From NCBI GenBank assembly GCA_963785725.1, contig CAWAWS010000007.1, positions 288,001 through 352,000 of the forward strand: a DNA stretch of 64,000 nt, written 5' to 3'. Of this stretch, positions 46,881 to 56,808 are shown in pieces. Origin of the DNA: an uncultured delta proteobacterium (GTDB taxonomy: Bacteria > Myxococcota_A > Polyangia > Palsa-1104). Each line of letters starts with the position of its first letter. The first letter of the stretch is position 1. The position numbers and the translations under genes were made by a program. The notes under the pieces were generated by a model, which searched no databases, was not told the DNA's origin, and was given only the letters and a program-made list of their open reading frames with translations.

Positions 46881-49011
46881 CCTCGCGCTGGATCTGCCGA
46901 CGTCGGGCGCGACCGAGAAGCTGACGCTGGCGCGCGGCAACAGCTTCTGCGTGCTCGACTCGCGCGGCAACATCGCGCCGTCGGGGGCGCGCGATCTGGG
47001 CCTGTTCCACGAAGACACGCGGCATCTGTCGTACTTCGAGCTCTTCGTGTCCGGTGGCCCGCCGATCGTGCTGTCGTCGGAGACGGCGGGCTCGGCGGCG
47101 ACGCAGATCGACCTGACGCTGACCGATCGCGAGTTCGGCGGCTTCTTGGAGGATCCGCAGAACTTCCTGCATATTCGCCGCAAGCAGATCCTCGACGGCG
47201 CGCTGGTCGAGCAGCTGGTGGTGACGAATCACCTGCAGCAGCCGGTCGATCTGTGGCTCGAGCTGCGCGTCGGCGCCGATTTTGCCGACGTGTTCGAGAC
47301 GCGCGGCGCGCGGCGGGCGCGACGCGGGCGGATTCGGCCGCCGCGCATCGACGGCGATCGGCTGGAGCTGGCCTACGAAGGGCTCGACGACACCATCTAC
47401 CGCACGATCGTGCGCGGCACGCCCGAGCCGACGCGCGTCGACGCGCACGGGCCGCGCTGGGAGCTGCGGCTCGAGCCCGGCGAGGCGACGATCTTGGAGC
47501 TGGTGATTCAGCCGCGCCGCGGCAACGGCGACGACGCTGTGATCGTGCCCTTCGGTCAGCGCCGCCAGCAGCTGGCCGCCGAGCACGCCGAGTTCCGCGC
47601 GGGGACGACGGCGCTGCGCTGCGACAATCGTGAATTTCGCGCGCTGCTCGTCTCGGCGCTCGACGACATCGACGCGCTGCGCCTGACGCTCGACGGCCAT
47701 CGCCACATCCTCGGCGCCGGTATTCCCTGGTTCGCGGCGCCGTTCGGTCGCGACTCGATCATCACGTCGCTGCAGTTGTTGGCGGTGGCGCCCTCGCTGG
47801 CGGCGGAGACGCTGCGCACGCTGGCGCATTACCAAGGGCGCGTCGACGATCCGTGGCGCGAAGAGGAGCCGGGCAAGATCATGCACGAGCTCCGTCGCGG
47901 CGAGATGGCGCGCGCCGGCGAAGTGCCGCACGCGCCCTATTACGGATCGATCGACGCGACGCCGCTGTGGCTCGTGCTGCTCGGCGAGACCTGGCGTTGG
48001 CTCGGCGATCGTGCGCTCGTGCGCGAGCTGATGCCGCCGGCGGAGCGGGCGCTCGAGTGGATCGAGCGGCGGCTCGTGCAAGGTCGCGGCTGGGTTCGCT
48101 ATCAGCGGACGCACGACAAGGGGCTGGAAAACCAGGGCTGGAAAGACTCGCGCGACGGTGTGTCGTTTCCCGACGGGACCCTCGCGCCGGCGCCGATCGC
48201 GCTGGTCGAGGTGCAGGGCTATGTCGTCGGCGCGCTGGCGGCGATGGCGGCGGTGACGCGCGCGCTCGGCGACACGCGGCGGGCCGAGCAGCTCGACGTG
48301 CAGGCGGACGCGCTCAGGCGGCGCATTCAGGAAGAATTCTTCGTGCGCGAGACCGGCTATTACGCGCTGGCCATCGACGGGCAGAACCGGCCGGTGCCGA
48401 CAATCACGTCGAATCCGGGGCATCTCTTGTTCGTCGATGCCGTGCGCGGCGACAAGGCGTCGCGGCTCGTCGACGTGCTGCTCGGCGAGGGGCTGTTCAG
48501 CGGCTGGGGCGTGCGCACGTTGGCGCGCGGCCAGGCCGTCTTCAATCCGCTCTCGTATCACAACGGGTCGGTGTGGCCGCACGACAACTCGCTGTGCGCG
48601 CTCGGCGCGGCGCGCCACGGTCGCGGCGACGCGGCGGTGACGCTGCTCGAGTCGCTGTACGAGGCGTCGTCGCACTTCGGGCGCGGTCGCTTGCCGGAGC
48701 TGTTCTGCGGCTTGTCGCGCGGTGAAGGCGATTTCCTCGTGCGTTACCCGGTGTCGTGCTCGCCGCAGGCGTGGGGATCGGGCGCGTTCTTCCTGCTGCT
48801 GCAAGCCGGGCTCGGGCTCGAGCCGGACGCGCCCAATCAGCGGCTCGCCATTCGCGCGCCCAAGCTGCCGCGCTTCGTCGACCACTTGGAGCTGAACGGC
48901 TTACGCGTCGGCTCGGCGCGCGTGTCGCTGCGCTTCGGGCGTCACGAGCACGGCACGCATGTCGACGTCGTCGCCGTCACCGGACGGCTGCGGGTCACGA
49001 TCGAAGTCTGA
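46852..49011 (+). CDS. Amylo-alpha-1,6-glucosidase/glycogen debranching-like hydrolase
   Basis: AGIPWF.APFGRDS, EEPGKIMHE, YYGSIDATPL, NQGWKDS, YHNGSVWPHD, LPELF and CSPQAW. Confidence 0.9.
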   Translation: MLEQPKPLPDLALDLPTSGATEKLTLARGNSFCVLDSRGNIAPSGARDLGLFHEDTRHLSYFELFVSGGPPIVLSSETAGSAATQIDLTLTDREFGGFLEDPQNFLHIRRKQILDGALVEQLVVTNHLQQPVDLWLELRVGADFADVFETRGARRARRGRIRPPRIDGDRLELAYEGLDDTIYRTIVRGTPEPTRVDAHGPRWELRLEPGEATILELVIQPRRGNGDDAVIVPFGQRRQQLAAEHAEFRAGTTALRCDNREFRALLVSALDDIDALRLTLDGHRHILGAGIPWFAAPFGRDSIITSLQLLAVAPSLAAETLRTLAHYQGRVDDPWREEEPGKIMHELRRGEMARAGEVPHAPYYGSIDATPLWLVLLGETWRWLGDRALVRELMPPAERALEWIERRLVQGRGWVRYQRTHDKGLENQGWKDSRDGVSFPDGTLAPAPIALVEVQGYVVGALAAMAAVTRALGDTRRAEQLDVQADALRRRIQEEFFVRETGYYALAIDGQNRPVPTITSNPGHLLFVDAVRGDKASRLVDVLLGEGLFSGWGVRTLARGQAVFNPLSYHNGSVWPHDNSLCALGAARHGRGDAAVTLLESLYEASSHFGRGRLPELFCGLSRGEGDFLVRYPVSCSPQAWGSGAFFLLLQAGLGLEPDAPNQRLAIRAPKLPRFVDHLELNGLRVGSARVSLRFGRHEHGTHVDVVAVTGRLRVTIEV

Positions 49012-49041
49012 ATCGACCGCCGGCGGCTGATCGCCGCGCGC

Positions 49042-49854
49042 TCAGCGCGCGACCTTGAGCGCCAGGTCGGCCACGATCGGCGCCGCCAGCGCCGCGGGCG
49101 AGAAGGCCTCGTCGATGAGCGCCGCCTCTTTGAACTTATCGGCCATTCGCTGATCGAAGAGGCGCATGACGATACGAATTTTGGGATTCAAGCGGCGCGC
49201 ATCCAACGCCACCTCCAGATTCGCCATATCGTCATTCGTGGCGATGATGACGACGCGCGCATATTGGATCCCCGCGTCCAATAACGCCTGATCTTCTTTC
49301 ATGTCGCGCACGAGAACGGGGACTCCCGTCGCCTTGGCGTCGCCCAAGAAGCGCGCGGCCGCGTCCTTTTCCAGCGCGACGATCTCCTGTTTGGCGGCCA
49401 AGAGCTGCGTCAAAATGCGATATCCCAAATGGCCTAAACCGCACAATACGATATGGTCGCGATATGTGGATGCGGACACGGTCATCCATTCCTTTTCGCC
49501 GCGTTCGCGGGAGACGATGAGCATACCGATACGCACGACGCCTTCGCCGATGAGGATGAAGCCGAAGAGCGGATAAACGGCGCCCATCAGCGCGAGATAC
49601 CAGTTTTGCGGCGGCGATAATATCGGCTGCGCGAATAACGCCATCCACGCGCAAAAGAGTGATTCCCAGATCGACGGTCGCGCGCCGCCCAGCTGGTCGT
49701 GCGGCGTCACGGCGTAGAGCGTGCCCAAGAACAGCACGGCGCCAATGAGCAGCCCCAGCGTCCAACGAAACTCGCTGGCGAGACGGCGGGCGAATAGAAA
49801 GGTCGTGCGCAGATCGCGACGGCGTTGCGCGCGTGGTCTGCTCATTGTCGCCAT
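49042..49854 (-). CDS. TrkA-N/RCK domain membrane protein (potassium channel-like)
   Basis: Two TMs, then HIVLCGLGHLGYR and ATNDDMANLEVALDAR..NP.IRIV.R. No canonical TVGYG filter seen. Confidence 0.8.
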   Translation of the reverse strand: MATMSRPRAQRRRDLRTTFLFARRLASEFRWTLGLLIGAVLFLGTLYAVTPHDQLGGARPSIWESLFCAWMALFAQPILSPPQNWYLALMGAVYPLFGFILIGEGVVRIGMLIVSRERGEKEWMTVSASTYRDHIVLCGLGHLGYRILTQLLAAKQEIVALEKDAAARFLGDAKATGVPVLVRDMKEDQALLDAGIQYARVVIIATNDDMANLEVALDARRLNPKIRIVMRLFDQRMADKFKEAALIDEAFSPAALAAPIVADLALKVAR

Positions 49855-50003
49855 CGTACACGTTCACGGCGCTGTCGCAAATTCAGTCAGCTCGTCGCAA
49901 ACAATTAGCATTGCTGTCAAATGGTGTATTCTAAGAGCGCGACTGGCTGCGTCGTGTCTCAGATTTGTACGGTGGTGAGTGGCGCCGGTCGCGACGATCC
50001 GAC

Positions 50004-50019
50004 TGGCACGATAGGTGCG
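50004..50019 (+). promoter_or_regulatory. Sigma54 (-24/-12) promoter of the pyrimidine catabolic operon
   Basis: TGGCACG-ATAG-GTGCG with GG-N10-GC spacing, about 34 nt before the TTG start. SD GAGGAG. Confidence 0.7.
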
Positions 50020-50052
50020 ATAGCCGTCCCCTTTTCACATCGAGGAGCTTCT

Positions 50053-51399
50053 TTGGAGCCGCCCGATCTGTTCGCCGAGCATAAGCCGCCGTTGACCGCC
50101 GATGCGGCGCTCGCCGAGGCCAATCGCTGCCTCTATTGTTGGGACGCGCCCTGTACGCGCGCCTGTCCGACGCATATCGACGTGCCGGCGTTCATCAAGA
50201 AGATCGCCAGCGGCAACTTACGCGGCTCGGCGCGCACGATATTGGACGCCAATGTGCTCGGCGCCTCGTGTGCGCGCGTCTGTCCGACCGAGGTGCTGTG
50301 CGAAGGCGCCTGCGTGATGGATGACGTCTCCAAGAAGCCGATCGATATCGGGCGTTTGCAGCGCCATTCGATGGACTGGGCGATGGCCAAAGGCATGCGC
50401 CCTTTCGAGCCCGGGCCGCGTCGCTCGGGCCGCGTCGCCATCGTCGGCGCCGGTCCCGCGGGATTGGCGTGCGCCGCCGAATTATCGAAGCTCGGATATC
50501 AGGCGCAGATATTCGACGCCGCGGAAAAGCCGGGCGGATTGAATACCAGCGGCGTCGCCGAATATAAGATGACGGCCGAATTCGCGCAGCGCGAGGTCGG
50601 CTGGCTCGTCGAGGCCGGCGTGCAGATCGAGAGCGGCGTGAGAATCGGCCGCGACCGGCAATGGGCCGAGTTGGAGCGGCAGTTCGACGCCATCTTCATC
50701 GGCGTCGGGCTCGGGAAAGTCGGCAAATTGGAGATCGAAGGCGAGCATTTGCCCGGTGTCGTCGAGGCCATCGGCTTCATCGAGACTTTGAAGCTGCGGC
50801 GCCAGGAAGCGCGCGTCGGCCGGCGCGTCGCGGTCATTGGCGGCGGCAACACGTCTATCGATTGTGTGACTCAAGCGCTGGCGCTCGGTGCGGAAGAGGT
50901 GACGTTGATGTATCGCCGCTCGCAGGCGGAGATGCCGGCGTACAAGCACGAGATCGAATTGGCGCGCGAGATGGGGACGCGCTTCATGTTCCAGGTCGCG
51001 CCGCTGCGTATCGTTGGGGATACTGAAGTAACTGCTTTAGTGTTGCAGCCGATGCGGCTCGGTCCCGCGGACGCGTCGGGGCGGCGGCGGCCGGAAGCGG
51101 CGCCGGGCGAGCCGATTACGTTTGCCTGCGAGATGGTGATCGCAGCGACGGGACAAGAGACGCACGATGAGCTCTTGGCGCAGCTGCCCAATGTGCGCTT
51201 GGAGCGCGGGCGCGTGCTCGTCGACGAGCGCACGATGCAGACGTCGAATCCGCGTTATTTCGCCGGCGGCGATTGTGTTTCCGGCGGGCAGGAAGTGGTC
51301 AATGCCGTGGCCGAGGGCAAGCGCGCCGCCGCCGGTATCGCCGCTTTTATCGAGCGTAGTGGGCGTGTCATAGCCGCAGACGAGGTGGCGCGTGGCTGA
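50053..51399 (+). CDS. preT: Dihydropyrimidine dehydrogenase subunit PreT (GltD-like)
   Basis: EANRCLYCWDAPC..ACPT, CARVCP...CEGAC, GAGPAG and GGGNT. TTG start behind GAGGAG, directly upstream of preA. Confidence 0.88.
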   Translation: MEPPDLFAEHKPPLTADAALAEANRCLYCWDAPCTRACPTHIDVPAFIKKIASGNLRGSARTILDANVLGASCARVCPTEVLCEGACVMDDVSKKPIDIGRLQRHSMDWAMAKGMRPFEPGPRRSGRVAIVGAGPAGLACAAELSKLGYQAQIFDAAEKPGGLNTSGVAEYKMTAEFAQREVGWLVEAGVQIESGVRIGRDRQWAELERQFDAIFIGVGLGKVGKLEIEGEHLPGVVEAIGFIETLKLRRQEARVGRRVAVIGGGNTSIDCVTQALALGAEEVTLMYRRSQAEMPAYKHEIELAREMGTRFMFQVAPLRIVGDTEVTALVLQPMRLGPADASGRRRPEAAPGEPITFACEMVIAATGQETHDELLAQLPNVRLERGRVLVDERTMQTSNPRYFAGGDCVSGGQEVVNAVAEGKRAAAGIAAFIERSGRVIAADEVARG

Positions 51400-52676
51400 T
51401 CTGAAGGTGAATCTGGCCGGCATCGAGTCGCCCAATCCGTTCTGGCTGGCCTCGGCGCCGCCGACGAATACCGGCGATCAGGTGATGCGCGCGTTCGACG
51501 CCGGTTGGGGCGGCGCGGTGTGGAAGACGCTGGGCGAGCCCATCGTCAATGTCTCTTCGCGCTATTCGACCGTCGATATGAATGGTCAGAAGGTCATGGG
51601 GCTCAACAACATCGAGCTCATTACCGATCGGCCGTTGGCGGTCAATTTGCGGGAGATTACCGAGGTCAAGAAGCGTTATCCCAAGCATGCGCTCGTGGTC
51701 TCGCTGATGGTGGAATCGAAGCGCGAGAAGTGGCACGAGATCGTCAAAGCGGCCGAAGGCGCGGGCGCGGACGGGCTGGAGTTGAACTTCGGCTGCCCGC
51801 ACGGCATGAGCGAGCGCGGCATGGGCTCGGCCGTCGGACAGGTGCCCGATTACGCCTGTCAGATTACCGAGTGGGTCAAAGAAGCGGCGAAAACGCCGGT
51901 GATCGTGAAGCTGACGCCCAATGTCACCGACGTCGATCTATCCGGCGCGCGCGGCGAAGAAGGGCGGCGCCGACGCGGTGTCGTTGATCAATACGATCAA
52001 TTCGATTACCGGCGTCGATCTGGATACGTTTACGCCGCGGCCGGATGTCGGCGGACGTTCGGCGCACGGCGGATATTGCGGACCGGCCGTGAAACCGATC
52101 GCGTTGAATATGGTTTCGTCGATCGCCAAAGACGCGCAGGTGCGTTTGCCGATATCGGGAATCGGCGGCATCTCCAATTGGCGCGACGCCGCCGAGTTCA
52201 TGCTGCTGGGCGCGACGACGGTGCAAGTGTGCACGGCCGTGATGCACTACGGCTTCCGCGTCGTCGAGGATATGATCGACGGGTTATCGAATTACTGCGA
52301 TGAAAAGGGTTTTCGCAGCGTAAACGATCTGATCGGCCGCTCTTTGCCGGCGGTTTCGCGCTGGGAAGAATTGGACCTCAATTACAAGATCGTGGCCCGC
52401 GTCGATCAGGACAAATGCATCGGCTGCGGCATCTGTTACGCCGCTTGCACCGACGGCGCGCATCAATCGATCGCGGCGCGGCCGGAGCACGGGCGCACGC
52501 ACGTCGAGATCATCGAGTCTACGTGTGTCGGCTGTAATTTGTGCTCGTTGGTTTGTCCGGTCGACGGCTGCATCAGCATGGTGCGCGTCGACGGTGGACG
52601 GCCGCCGCTGACGTGGAAAGAATATCAAGCTGACCCGAGCGCGCATAAGCATCTCGGTCCGCATAACGCTCACTAA
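51392..52676 (+). CDS. preA: Dihydropyrimidine dehydrogenase subunit PreA (one +1 frameshift near 51935)
   Basis: NPFWLASAPPT, GLNNIELITDR, ELNFGCPHGM, KLTPN, GGYCGPAVKPIAL and two C-terminal 4Fe-4S motifs. Confidence 0.92.
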
Positions 52677-52685
52677 GAGGTTCCC

Positions 52686-54149
52686 ATGCACGATTTGATT
52701 CAAAACTTCATCAATGGTGAGTTCGTCGCGTCGAAGTCGAACAAGACGCTCAAGAATTTGAACCCGGCGACGGGCGAAGCGCTGGGCGAGGTCGTCGTCA
52801 GCGGGCGCGAAGAGGCCGAAGCCGCGATCGCGGCGGCCAAGGCGGCGCTGCCGGCGTGGAAGCGGACGCCGGCGCCGAAGCGCGGTGAAATCCTCGCCAA
52901 AGCGGCGATTGAAATGGCGCGGCGTAAAGAGGAATTGGCGCGCGCGCTGACGCTCGAAGAGGGCAAGACGATCGGCGAGTCGCTCGGCGAAGTGCAAAAG
53001 GCGATCAATACGCTCGAGTTTCAAGCGGGCGAAGGGCGGCGCCTGAACGGCGAGACGGTGCCGTCTGATTTCCCGTCGACGTTTTGCTGGACGCAGCGTG
53101 AGGCGCTCGGCGTCGTCGCGCTGGTGACGCCGTGGAATTTCCCGGTGGCGATTCCGATTTGGAAATTGGGGCCGGCGTTGGTGACGGGAAATACAGTCGT
53201 GTTGAAGCCGGCGTCGATTACGCCGTGGACCGCGAAAATAATCGCGGAGATATTCGCGACGGCGGGGATTCCGAAGGGCGTGTTCAACGTCGTGTTCGGG
53301 CCGGGCTCGACGGTGGGCGATACGCTGGTGACCCACAAGGATATCGCGGCAATTTCCTTTACCGGGTCGAATGAAATCGGGATCAAGCTGTACGCGGACG
53401 CGGCGGCGCGACATAAGAAAGTGCAGTGCGAGATGGGCGGCAAGAATCCCGTCATCGTGCTCGAAGACGCCGATTTGGAGCTGGCGGCGACGGCGACGGT
53501 GCAAGGCGCGTTCGGCTCGACCGGGCAGCGCTGCACGGCGACGGCGCGCGCCATCGTGTCCAAGGAGGTCATCGAGGCGTTTACGCGTCGCGTGATCGAG
53601 AAGGCGCGCGAGCTGCGTGTCGGCGACGGCAGCGATACGTCGGTGCACGTCGGGCCGCTCGTCGACGAGCATCAGTTCCGCTCGGTGCTCAATTACGTCG
53701 AGATCGGCAAGAAAGAGGCGAAGCTGGCGCTCGGCGGCGAGCGCGTCGGCGACAAAGGATTCTTCGTCGCGCCGACGGTGTTCGTCGGCGTGAAGCGCGA
53801 CATGCGCTTGGCGCAAGAGGAAGTCTTTGGGCCCGTGTTGGCGATCATCGAGGCCAAAGACTTCGAGGACGCGATCGATATCGCCAATGACGTGAAGTAT
53901 GGCCTTACCTCTTCGATCTTCAGTAAAGACGTCAATCGCGTGTTCCAATATCTCGAGCGTATCGAGACCGGGATCACGCACGTCAACTCGGGCACCGTCG
54001 GTGGCGAGGCGCAGCTGCCGTTCGGCGGCATGAAGGCGACCGGCGTCGGCGCGCGCGAGATGGGGCGCACGGCGATCGAGTTTTATAGCGAGTGGAAGAC
54101 GGTCTATGTCGACTACACGGGCGCCAAGCGCACGACGAACGTCTACTAA
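52686..54149 (+). CDS. NAD(P)-dependent aldehyde dehydrogenase
   Basis: TPWNFP, FTGS, EMGGKNP, GQRCTA, EEVFGP and PFGG. Confidence 0.92.
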   Translation: MHDLIQNFINGEFVASKSNKTLKNLNPATGEALGEVVVSGREEAEAAIAAAKAALPAWKRTPAPKRGEILAKAAIEMARRKEELARALTLEEGKTIGESLGEVQKAINTLEFQAGEGRRLNGETVPSDFPSTFCWTQREALGVVALVTPWNFPVAIPIWKLGPALVTGNTVVLKPASITPWTAKIIAEIFATAGIPKGVFNVVFGPGSTVGDTLVTHKDIAAISFTGSNEIGIKLYADAAARHKKVQCEMGGKNPVIVLEDADLELAATATVQGAFGSTGQRCTATARAIVSKEVIEAFTRRVIEKARELRVGDGSDTSVHVGPLVDEHQFRSVLNYVEIGKKEAKLALGGERVGDKGFFVAPTVFVGVKRDMRLAQEEVFGPVLAIIEAKDFEDAIDIANDVKYGLTSSIFSKDVNRVFQYLERIETGITHVNSGTVGGEAQLPFGGMKATGVGAREMGRTAIEFYSEWKTVYVDYTGAKRTTNVY

Positions 54150-54186
54150 CAGACAGACATAGAACGGCTATCAACAGACAGACATA
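54148..54186. repeat. 14-bp direct repeat x2 (aacagacagacata), 25-bp period
   Basis: Copies at 54148-54161 and 54173-54186 in the ALDH-VOC spacer. Confidence 0.85.
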
Positions 54187-54189
54187 AAC

Positions 54190-54534
54190 ATGCAGCTCGA
54201 AGCACTGACATTGACGGCGCGGGATTTGAAGCGAGCGCGCCAGTTCTACGCCGGCAAGCTGGGATTCGCGGTGCTGGTGGAGAGCGAACGCTCGATCGTG
54301 CTCGACGCCGGCGGCGTTTTTCTGCAGCTCGCCGCCGACGGCGTGCGCGCGCCGCTCGACGCGTCCGAGCCGCGCCTGGCGTTTCGTACGACCGACTTGT
54401 GGCAGCGCTGCGCGGCGCTGCGCGATCTCGGCGTCAGTGTGGACGGGCCGCTGCAAAACGAGGGCGGCGACGGGCGGCACGCGGAATTGCGCGATCCGGA
54501 CGGACACCCGATTACGTTGTGGGAGAAACGATGA
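54190..54534 (+). CDS. VOC/glyoxalase family protein
   Basis: DLKRARQFY..KLGF and LRDPDGHPITL. Confidence 0.85.
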   Translation: MQLEALTLTARDLKRARQFYAGKLGFAVLVESERSIVLDAGGVFLQLAADGVRAPLDASEPRLAFRTTDLWQRCAALRDLGVSVDGPLQNEGGDGRHAELRDPDGHPITLWEKR

Positions 54535-55409
54535 CGAAGCGGACTGTGAAGTGCGGCTTGATTCAGGCGTCGAACCCGATCAACGACGAGAAGCGTCCGG
54601 TCGCCGAGATCCAAGCGGCGATGTACGAGAAGCATTTGCCGCTGATTGAAAAGGCGGGAAATGAGGGCGTGAAGATCTTGTGTCTGCAAGAGATCTTCAA
54701 TGGACCTTACTTCTGTCCGTCGCAGGATTCGCGCTGGTACGACGCGGCGGAGGCGGTGCCGGGGCCGACGGTGAACAAGCTGGCGGCGATCGCCAAGAAG
54801 TTCGGAATGGCGATGGTCGTGCCGGTCTATGAGCGGGAAATGGCCGGCGTTTATTACAATACCGCGGCGGTTCTCGATCACGACGGCAGTTATCTCGGGA
54901 AATATCGCAAGAATCATATTCCGCAGGTCAATCCCGGGTTTTACGAGAAGTATTATTTCAAGCCGGGAAATCTCGGTTATCCGGTGTTCAAGCTGTCGTC
55001 GGGCGTCACGATCGGCGTCTATATTTGTTACGACCGCCATTTCCCGGAAGGCGCGCGCCTGTTGGGTTTGCATGGCGCCGAGATCGTCTTCAATCCGTCG
55101 GCGACGGTCGCCGGTTTGTCGCAATATCTTTGGAAGCTCGAGCAGCCGGCGCACGCAGTGGCCAACGGTTATTTCATGGGCTGCATCAATCGCGTCGGCA
55201 CCGAAGCGCCGTGGAATATCGGTAAATTCTATGGCTCGTCCTATTTCGTCGACCCGCGCGGCAACTTCTTGGCGACGGCGTCGGAAGATCAGGACGAATT
55301 GGTCGTCGCCGAGCTCGATTTGAGCGCGATCGAAGAGACGCGGCGGACCTGGCAGTTCTTCCGCGATCGCCGACCGGACAGCTATGGCGACATGGTAAAG
55401 GACGTTTGA
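54531..55409 (+). CDS. Nitrilase-family beta-ureidopropionase (N-carbamoyl-beta-alanine amidohydrolase)
   Basis: E-K-C triad in LQEIF, YRKNHIP and ICYDRHFPE; FFRDRRP; operon context. Confidence 0.85.
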   Translation: MTKRTVKCGLIQASNPINDEKRPVAEIQAAMYEKHLPLIEKAGNEGVKILCLQEIFNGPYFCPSQDSRWYDAAEAVPGPTVNKLAAIAKKFGMAMVVPVYEREMAGVYYNTAAVLDHDGSYLGKYRKNHIPQVNPGFYEKYYFKPGNLGYPVFKLSSGVTIGVYICYDRHFPEGARLLGLHGAEIVFNPSATVAGLSQYLWKLEQPAHAVANGYFMGCINRVGTEAPWNIGKFYGSSYFVDPRGNFLATASEDQDELVVAELDLSAIEETRRTWQFFRDRRPDSYGDMVKDV

Positions 55410-55416
55410 TAGCGCC

Positions 55417-56808
55417 ATGCGCACATTGATTCAGAATGGAACGTGCGTAACCGCGAGCGATATGTTCGCCGCCGATGTATGGATCGAGAACGGCAAGATC
55501 ACGGCGCTGACACAACCGGGAACCAAGCTCGGTAACGCCGATAAGATCATCGATGCGACGGGGAAATATGTGATTCCCGGCGGAATCGACGCGCATACGC
55601 ACCTCGATATGCCGTTTGGCGGCACCAGCTCGATCGATGACTTCGAGTCGGGAACGCTGGCGGCGGCGCACGGCGGCACCACGACGATCGTCGATTTCGC
55701 AATTCAGAAGAAGGGCGGATCGCTGCGCGAGGCGCTCGATACCTGGCACGCCAAAGCCGAAGGTAAAGCCTTGGTGGACTATGCGTTTCATATGATCGCG
55801 ACCGATATGCCGCCCAGTGTGCTGTCGGAGATGGGCGCGATCGTCAATGAAGGCGTCACCAGCTTCAAGATGTTCATGGCCTATCCGGGCGTGCTCATGC
55901 TCGACGACCAGTCGATCTTTCGCGCCATGCTGCGCGCGGGAGAGCTGGGCGCGCTCATTTGCATGCACGCGGAGACGGGACTGCCGATAGACGTGCTCGT
56001 CGAACGTGCGATAGCAGCCGGACATACGGCGCCGATCTATCACGCGCTGACGCGGCCGGAAGTGGCGGAGGCGACGGGGACCGATCGCGCCATCGCGCTC
56101 GCGGAGATGGCGAAAGTGCCGGTCTATATCGTGCATTTGTCGGCGCAGCGCGCGCTCGAACGCGTCATGGAAGCGCGCGATCGCGGGCTGCCGGCGTATG
56201 CCGAGACCTGTCCTCAGTATCTGTTCTTGAGCGAAGATGACTTACGCGGCACGCCCAATGACGAGTTCGAAGGCGCCAAGTATGTCTGCACGCCGCCGTT
56301 GCGTCCCAAGCATCACCACGAGCATTTATGGCGCGGGCTGCGCAATCACGACCTGCAAGTCGTCTCGACCGACCATTGCCCGTTCTGCATGAAGGGGCAA
56401 AAAGAGCTGGGCAGAGGCGACTTTTCGAAGATCCCCAATGGCATGCCGGGGATCGAGACGCGTTTGCATTTGTTGTACGAAGGCGTGCGCGAGAAGCGCA
56501 TTTCGCTCAATCGCTTCGTCGAGATTACGGCGACGGCGCCGGCGAAGATCTTCGGGCTCTATCCGCGCAAAGGCACGATCGCCATCGGCGCCGATGCCGA
56601 CGTCGTGGTGTGGGATCCCGAGAAGCGCTTCGAGCTGTCGCATAAGAATCTGCATATGCGCGCGGACTATGCGGCGTATGAAGGCAAGACGGTCATCGGC
56701 GCGCCGGCGCAAGTGTTGTCGCGCGGCGAAATCATCGTCGATAATGATAAAACGATCGGCAAAAAAGGGCGCGGGCAGTTCGTGCGCCGGGGGACTTTCT
56801 CTTTATGA
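55417..56808 (+). CDS. hydA: Dihydropyrimidinase
   Basis: PGGIDAHTH, GGTTTIVDF, SFKMFMAY, HAE, ETCPQYL, TDHCPF and IPNGMPG. Confidence 0.95.
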   Translation: MRTLIQNGTCVTASDMFAADVWIENGKITALTQPGTKLGNADKIIDATGKYVIPGGIDAHTHLDMPFGGTSSIDDFESGTLAAAHGGTTTIVDFAIQKKGGSLREALDTWHAKAEGKALVDYAFHMIATDMPPSVLSEMGAIVNEGVTSFKMFMAYPGVLMLDDQSIFRAMLRAGELGALICMHAETGLPIDVLVERAIAAGHTAPIYHALTRPEVAEATGTDRAIALAEMAKVPVYIVHLSAQRALERVMEARDRGLPAYAETCPQYLFLSEDDLRGTPNDEFEGAKYVCTPPLRPKHHHEHLWRGLRNHDLQVVSTDHCPFCMKGQKELGRGDFSKIPNGMPGIETRLHLLYEGVREKRISLNRFVEITATAPAKIFGLYPRKGTIAIGADADVVVWDPEKRFELSHKNLHMRADYAAYEGKTVIGAPAQVLSRGEIIVDNDKTIGKKGRGQFVRRGTFSL

